Of a stretch of DNA of 64,000 nt, positions 59,315 to 64,000 are shown piece after piece. Within the stretch, counting starts at the first letter, position 1. Each line of letters begins with the position of its first letter. The notes under the pieces were generated by a model. It was not told the origin of the DNA. It worked only from the letters and a program-made list of their open reading frames with translations, and did no database searches. Where the stretch lies: NCBI GenBank assembly GCA_051003195.1, contig JBPCLP010000039.1:64001-128000 (forward strand), in the 5' to 3' direction. Source of the stretch: Candidatus Sumerlaeaceae bacterium. GTDB lineage: Bacteria; Sumerlaeota; Sumerlaeia; Sumerlaeales; Sumerlaeaceae. The translations under genes and the position numbers were made by a program.

Positions 59315-61087
59315 TTAAATCGATATCTGGGAATCCTCAGTTTCCAGGCTTTGGCTGGAGCCCTGAACGACTGCCGGCAGGTGTACGATAAATTCGCTGC
59401 CTCGGTTCGGCTGGCTTTTAACGTCGATCGTTCCACCCATCATTTGCACAAATTTCCGGCTCAGGGCCAGCCCAAGTCCTGTGCCGCCATAGCTGCGCGT
59501 AGCCGATGCGTCGGCCTGACTGAATTCCTTGAACAGCTTCGAAAGCTGATCCGTGGCGATGCCAATCCCGGTGTCCAGCACAGAGATGTTCACCCACTGG
59601 GTTCCATTTTCTTTGGTTCGGTTCACGCTCAGCGTAATGGTTCCATTTTCAGTGAACTTGCACGCATTGCTGAGAAGATTAATTAGAACCTGCCGAACCT
59701 TGATTTCGTCTGCGTGCATCGTGCCGCAGTCGCCAAGGCAACGCGTGAAAAACTTATTATTCCTCTGCTGCGCAAGCGTCGCAATGGAACTGGAGACCTG
59801 GTGGATCAACGGCTCCAGGGCAAAAGCGCTGAGCGTCAGCTCCATTTTGCCTGCTTCGATCTTCGCAAGGTCGAGCACGTCATTGATCAAAGCCAGCAGA
59901 TGCTGCCCGGCGAGAATGATGCGGCGGATGTCTTCGCGCCCTTTTGCATCGACTATCTCGCCAAGTTCTTCCTGCAGGATTTCTGCATACCCGATGATGG
60001 CATTCAACGGGGTGCGCAGCTCATGACTCATGTTCGCCAGGAAAAGCGTCTTCGCGTTGCTCGCTTCGATCGCCTTATCCCGAGCCTCACCAAGCGTCAC
60101 GTTCGCTTCCTGCAACACGGCTTCCGCACGCTTCTGCGTGTCGATATCGGTATAAGTGCCCAGCCATTTCAGGATTGAGCCCGATGAGCTTCGCATCGGC
60201 TCAGCGCGGCCGAGAAACCAGCCGTAGCGCTCACCCGGCGTGCAGCGGAAACGCAGTTCCACCTCCAGCGACTGGCCGGAACTCAGGCACTCACGCCACC
60301 AATCTTCGAAGCGGGGCAGGTCATCCGGGTGCACACTGGTAGCCCAACCCCAGCCCAGTGCACGCTCCATGGGCATGCCGATCATCTCAGACCATCGACC
60401 GTTGAAATAATCCATCCGGCCTTCGGGTGTAGCCGTCCAGACAATTTGCGGCATCGCCTCCGCAAGAGTGCGGTAACGCAGCTCATTGCCTTCGGCACGC
60501 TCAAGTGCTGCGCGAAGCTCTGCCGTCCGGTCCGCCACCCTGCGCTCCAGCTTTGTGTTGGCCTCGCGCACCGCGTCCTCAGCTTTACGAAGGTCTGCAA
60601 TGCTCTGCTCCATCTGCTGTGTGTTGCGGTAGAGTTCGACAAACACCTTTACCTTCGAGCGCATGATCTCCGGCACGTAAGGCTTGCGTATGAAATCGAC
60701 CGCACCTTCGGCGTACGCACGAAACACATGGTCCTCGGTCATTTCCGCCGCAGTGACGAAAATGATCGGGGTGTGGCGGGTTCCCGGTTCAGCGCCTTCC
60801 AATTCCCGGATGTGGGCCGCCGTCTCGAGCCCGTCCATCACCGGCATCTGCACGTCGAGAATGACCACCGCGAATTCGCGCTGCTGGATAAGCTGGAGCG
60901 CTTCCTTGCCGGAAGTTGCTCGCACCATTTCTTCTCCCAGCCGTTCCAGCGTCACCTCCAGCGCCAGGAGGTTTGCCGGCGAGTCGTCCACCAGCAATAT
61001 CCCTGCACTTGATGTTGGTTGCGTTGTGGTGGCGCCGATGAGCTCGGCCTCCTCTCCCTGCGCAAAAGTTTTCCCGATCAGTGGCAT
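59315..61087 (-). CDS. Hybrid histidine kinase (REC-PAS-HisKA-HATPase)
   Basis: LLVDD, LDVQMP.MDG, HPDD, MSHELRTPL, NLLSNA.KF, DTGIG, GTGLGL. Confidence 0.93.
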   Translation of the reverse strand: MPLIGKTFAQGEEAELIGATTTQPTSSAGILLVDDSPANLLALEVTLERLGEEMVRATSGKEALQLIQQREFAVVILDVQMPVMDGLETAAHIRELEGAEPGTRHTPIIFVTAAEMTEDHVFRAYAEGAVDFIRKPYVPEIMRSKVKVFVELYRNTQQMEQSIADLRKAEDAVREANTKLERRVADRTAELRAALERAEGNELRYRTLAEAMPQIVWTATPEGRMDYFNGRWSEMIGMPMERALGWGWATSVHPDDLPRFEDWWRECLSSGQSLEVELRFRCTPGERYGWFLGRAEPMRSSSGSILKWLGTYTDIDTQKRAEAVLQEANVTLGEARDKAIEASNAKTLFLANMSHELRTPLNAIIGYAEILQEELGEIVDAKGREDIRRIILAGQHLLALINDVLDLAKIEAGKMELTLSAFALEPLIHQVSSSIATLAQQRNNKFFTRCLGDCGTMHADEIKVRQVLINLLSNACKFTENGTITLSVNRTKENGTQWVNISVLDTGIGIATDQLSKLFKEFSQADASATRSYGGTGLGLALSRKFVQMMGGTIDVKSQPNRGSEFIVHLPAVVQGSSQSLETEDSQISI

Positions 61088-61224
61088 GGTTACATTAACA
61101 AAAAGCCGCCCCATTCGCCGAAACGCAAGCGGGCATTATTGAACGGCTTGGTGTCATTTGCATATGAAGCAAGTAATGTGCATGAAACGGACATATGTTT
61201 CCTCATTGAAACGTACCCTGGCAG

Positions 61225-61264
61225 TACACAGAACCGAATACGAATTTACGGTAGACCACACTAA
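61225..61264 (+). repeat. Right-half remnant of the dispersed repeat (copy E)
   Basis: acacagaa...cgaatttacggtagaccacacta resembles the right end of 54824-54921. Confidence 0.6.
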
Positions 61265-61268
61265 GACA

Positions 61269-61545
61269 CTACGGCGTCTGACTTCGCTCCAGTTCCTTCG
61301 CGCGTGTAACAAATTGTTCGTCCGTCAGCGTGCGTAGAAATGCGATGAGCGCCTTTTTGTCTTCCGCGGAAAGCTGCATCGGACCGCCATGTTTCGCAAT
61401 GCTGGGATCCAGCGTTTCCGTTTCCGTCACGCCATGGTCGTAGTGGTCGACAATTTCCTCCAGGGTCTTAAACCTTCCATCATGCATGTACGGCGCAGTC
61501 AGCGCGACATTACGAAGCGAAGGCACTTTGAAGCACCATTTCTCA
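61269..61545 (-). pseudogene. C-terminal fragment of a di-heme cytochrome c peroxidase (MauG-like)
   Basis: FKVPSLRNVALTAPYMHDG..TL..IVDHY...L.AFL.TL; no CxxCH; in-frame stop just upstream. Confidence 0.75.
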
Positions 61546-61587
61546 TGACGTCATCGTCATCGATGCGGACGCGCGCGACACGGATCG

Positions 61588-61636
61588 CTCCGCAATCCGC
61601 ATTCAAGAGTACTCCGCACTCCGCACTCCGCAATCC
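61588..61636 (+). repeat. TCCGCA heptamer compound repeat
   Basis: ctccgcaatccgcattcaagagtactccgcactccgcactccgcaatcc. Confidence 0.8.
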
Positions 61637-61649
61637 TTTGCATTCCCCA

Positions 61650-62843
61650 CTAATGGTCGTCGGTATCGTGTCCGCCGTGTGAGCCGGGATATGTGCCTCG
61701 TTCATGGTCGCGGTTGCTTTTCTGGTCCCAGATCGCACCCCAGTCCTTGCGATCCGCACTGGCGAGTATTTCGACGTAATCTTTGATATCCTGTGCAAGA
61801 AGTGGATGCGGCGTGGGGAGCCTTCCCAGATAATCCTCTGCATCGTATCTCGCAGCTTTTGCAATCTGGGTGATCAGGTGTCGCTGCGTATCAAGGTTTG
61901 CCTCCCCCAGGTAGGCAGCCTCAAGCGTCGAAAGAATAGCCTCTCGATTTTCAGGGCCTACTCCGCCTCCTAGAGCGAGAGCTGCAAGCGAGCGGTTATG
62001 CGGGGCAACTTCATGCACAACCGCATCTGCCATCGCTTCAAAAACTTTGCGGCTGAGGGGAGTGTCCTGGTTCCCAATCGTCTGGATGGCAATGCCACGA
62101 ACCGCGGCGTCCTCGTTGGCTACCCGCGTCGCCAGAAGCGTTTCGCTGATTGTCTGCTTGAGCGCCGGGTTCTTGCTCATCCACGCTCCAAGGCATTCCA
62201 CAGCCGCGATGCGCAGTTCGTTAGAGGGAGCGTTGCGAGATATCTCAGCCACCTGCTGCTGCAGCTCCGTTGGAATCTTACTCATGTAACCGAGCGCCGT
62301 CAGGGCAGCGCGGCGTTTATCCTGCGAAGGATCATTCAGCGCCATCTTTAACAGGGAGTCGTATGGAAATTTGTCGCCCATCGCGTCGGCTGCCTGGCCG
62401 ATGGCCTGCGCAAGCAGGGTCATCAGTGCGGGATCGCTCTCAGCTTCCAGCAATGCGATGGCGTCTTTGACCGAACCGGGATCTTTCGAAAGCTGCTCGG
62501 TCAGCCGTGCCATGGAGTCGACCAACTTTTGCTCCAGCGTTTCGGCCTCCAGCCGGGCGTGCTCCGCCGCCGTTGTCTCCGGCCGCGCCATGCGCCCGAC
62601 GTTCATGTTCGCTTCCGCCAGCCGAACAGTATTGCGCAGCGCATTCACATGAGTCGCGGCGGTTTGCGGTTGCCGTTGTGGCTGCAGTGGCGTTACCACC
62701 GTCGCGGGGTTTTGCTGGGACGACTGTGTAACCCTCGGAGCATGCGGCACTGCTTGCCTGCCACGGCTCCATGCGTAGCCAAGTATCGCGCCCACACCAG
62801 TAATGCATGCGGCTGCGAGGATGATAAGTTTGGCTGAATTCAC
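61650..62843 (-). CDS. Membrane-anchored HEAT-repeat protein
   Basis: N-terminal TM; repeated (V)R.AA..ALG units. Confidence 0.75.
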   Translation of the reverse strand: MNSAKLIILAAACITGVGAILGYAWSRGRQAVPHAPRVTQSSQQNPATVVTPLQPQRQPQTAATHVNALRNTVRLAEANMNVGRMARPETTAAEHARLEAETLEQKLVDSMARLTEQLSKDPGSVKDAIALLEAESDPALMTLLAQAIGQAADAMGDKFPYDSLLKMALNDPSQDKRRAALTALGYMSKIPTELQQQVAEISRNAPSNELRIAAVECLGAWMSKNPALKQTISETLLATRVANEDAAVRGIAIQTIGNQDTPLSRKVFEAMADAVVHEVAPHNRSLAALALGGGVGPENREAILSTLEAAYLGEANLDTQRHLITQIAKAARYDAEDYLGRLPTPHPLLAQDIKDYVEILASADRKDWGAIWDQKSNRDHERGTYPGSHGGHDTDDH

Positions 62844-62865
62844 AGTGACAGCTCCAATCAAGGTT

Positions 62866-62966
62866 CCAGTGCGCCGAATCAGTAGTTCCTTACCAGACCA
62901 AAGGGCAGACTTGACCTCGATTCGGCACACAAAACCAGTGAACTAATTAATGGGACACCACCCCAG
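62866..62966 (+). repeat. Dispersed repeat, short subtype (copy F)
   Basis: CCAGTGCGCCGAATC...GATTCGGCACACAAAACCAGTGAACTAATTAATGGGACACCACCCCAG. Confidence 0.85.
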
Positions 62967-63007
62967 AGGTGCACCTGCACCAGCGGCGGTCAGCTAAATC
63001 GCAATTT

Positions 63008-63037
63008 GCAGGGGCGACCCAGGCGAGCCGCCCCTGC
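63008..63037 (-). terminator. Hairpin downstream of the M23 gene
   Basis: gcaggggcg/cgcccctgc stem; weak U-tract. Confidence 0.5.
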
Positions 63038-63060
63038 GATCAACAGCAGTGAAGCAGGGA

Positions 63061-63966
63061 CTATTTCTGGTACTTTATAGCGTCTGCTATGACAACGTAC
63101 CCGGCCGAGGCCCAACACGACAGCTTGGTCGTGGCACTTCCACTCAGGCTCTTGGTTCCCAACAGATTCCATTTACCGCCGTTTATCTGTTGGTTCACAG
63201 TTACCGTCGCGCCATCTGGCAGGATGTACGGTGCAGACGGTGATCGGTTGGTACCCGCCGGCCACCACGCAGAAATGCTATAGGTTCCAGCAGTCAGTGA
63301 TGCGTTCCAGCTGGCCGGCTCGCTTACTGCCGCGGTGCTGTGGTAGCGGTAATCTGCGCCATATTTGTCAGCCGCAGAGCTGCCCGTAGCCCAGCTCCCT
63401 ACGACACTGAAGCCGGCACTTGTGTTGTCGACCACAACGATGGTAGCCGCAGGGTCGTTCAGGCCCGGGTAATCCTTCGGGATGTTGGTGTTTCGCGTTA
63501 CCCAGCTACCATCAGCTCCGGGAATTGACTGTGCGACACCATCCTTGCGTACTTCGAAGTGCAGGTGCGCGCCGGTCGTGCAGCTGCCCGTATTACCCGA
63601 ACGCGCCACGTCCTGGTTCTTCGTCACAGCGCTGCCTACAGCAACCAGCGAAGTGCTGGAATGAAGGAAGCGAGTCTCCCATCCACCGCCGTAGGAAATC
63701 TTAAAAATATTACCACCGCAGCTGTCATAAAGCCAGGAATTGTGGGTGCCGTTTGCAGGTGCGCCTAGATAGGTCCCGCTGCCTACGCCGATATCGATAC
63801 CATAATGGAAAGTAGAGCAGCCCGAACACGGGGAATCCCGAGGTCCATATGGGCTTGTGATGCTGCCGCTGCACGGCCAGATGATATACCCGGCTTCGGA
63901 AGCGGCAGGGGAGAGCAGGACCAGAAGTCCCAGCGGAATGAAAGAGAGTTTACGGCGAATGAACAT
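63061..63966 (-). CDS. Secreted M23 peptidase with a golvesin/Xly-CBD-like C-terminal domain
   Basis: WP..G.ITS.YG.R, H.GID, H, SGNTG..TG.HLHFEVR; VVDN..AGFS..GSW...ADAIK. Confidence 0.9.
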   Translation of the reverse strand: MFIRRKLSFIPLGLLVLLSPAASEAGYIIWPCSGSITSPYGPRDSPCSGCSTFHYGIDIGVGSGTYLGAPANGTHNSWLYDSCGGNIFKISYGGGWETRFLHSSTSLVAVGSAVTKNQDVARSGNTGSCTTGAHLHFEVRKDGVAQSIPGADGSWVTRNTNIPKDYPGLNDPAATIVVVDNTSAGFSVVGSWATGSSAADKYGADYRYHSTAAVSEPASWNASLTAGTYSISAWWPAGTNRSPSAPYILPDGATVTVNQQINGGKWNLLGTKSLSGSATTKLSCWASAGYVVIADAIKYQK

Positions 63967-64000
63967 AAGTATTTCTCCATGGAAGATACTGGGTTCACAT

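Overview
GC-rich (roughly 55-60%) bacterial chromosomal segment with about 50 genes. I found no rRNA, tRNA, CRISPR array, integrase or transposase. Two features suggest Candidatus Sumerlaeota (BRC1) or a relative, which is an inference: the pilin-like genes (GFTLIELLIVVAIIAILAAIAVPNFLEAQ...YDSTNGT) and the secreted proteins ending in D/E-W-x-L-F. Housekeeping and metabolic genes include treZ, ltaE, a dCMP deaminase, ilvC, an aldehyde dehydrogenase, sucA-sucB and pyrG. These are interleaved with secreted and cell-wall proteins, Ser/Thr and His signalling genes and two toxin-antitoxin-like pairs. Highlights: (1) an unannotated ~255-nt + strand transcription unit (extended -10, tandem CAUC/CAGCA motifs, intrinsic terminator) that looks like a protein-sponge sRNA; (2) a dispersed, same-orientation CYAG-bounded repeat family with conserved arms and variable interiors, stacked head-to-tail at 56.3-56.9 kb; (3) a putative C-terminal sorting signal; (4) a single-chain EutB-EutC fusion; (5) a low-GC sseB-like gene bracketed by a duplicated 3' end of the ALDH gene; (6) an amidase-lectin-propeller protein and an M23 peptidase sharing one C-terminal module; (7) a SucB lacking its E3-binding domain, coupled to a 47-aa membrane ORF.
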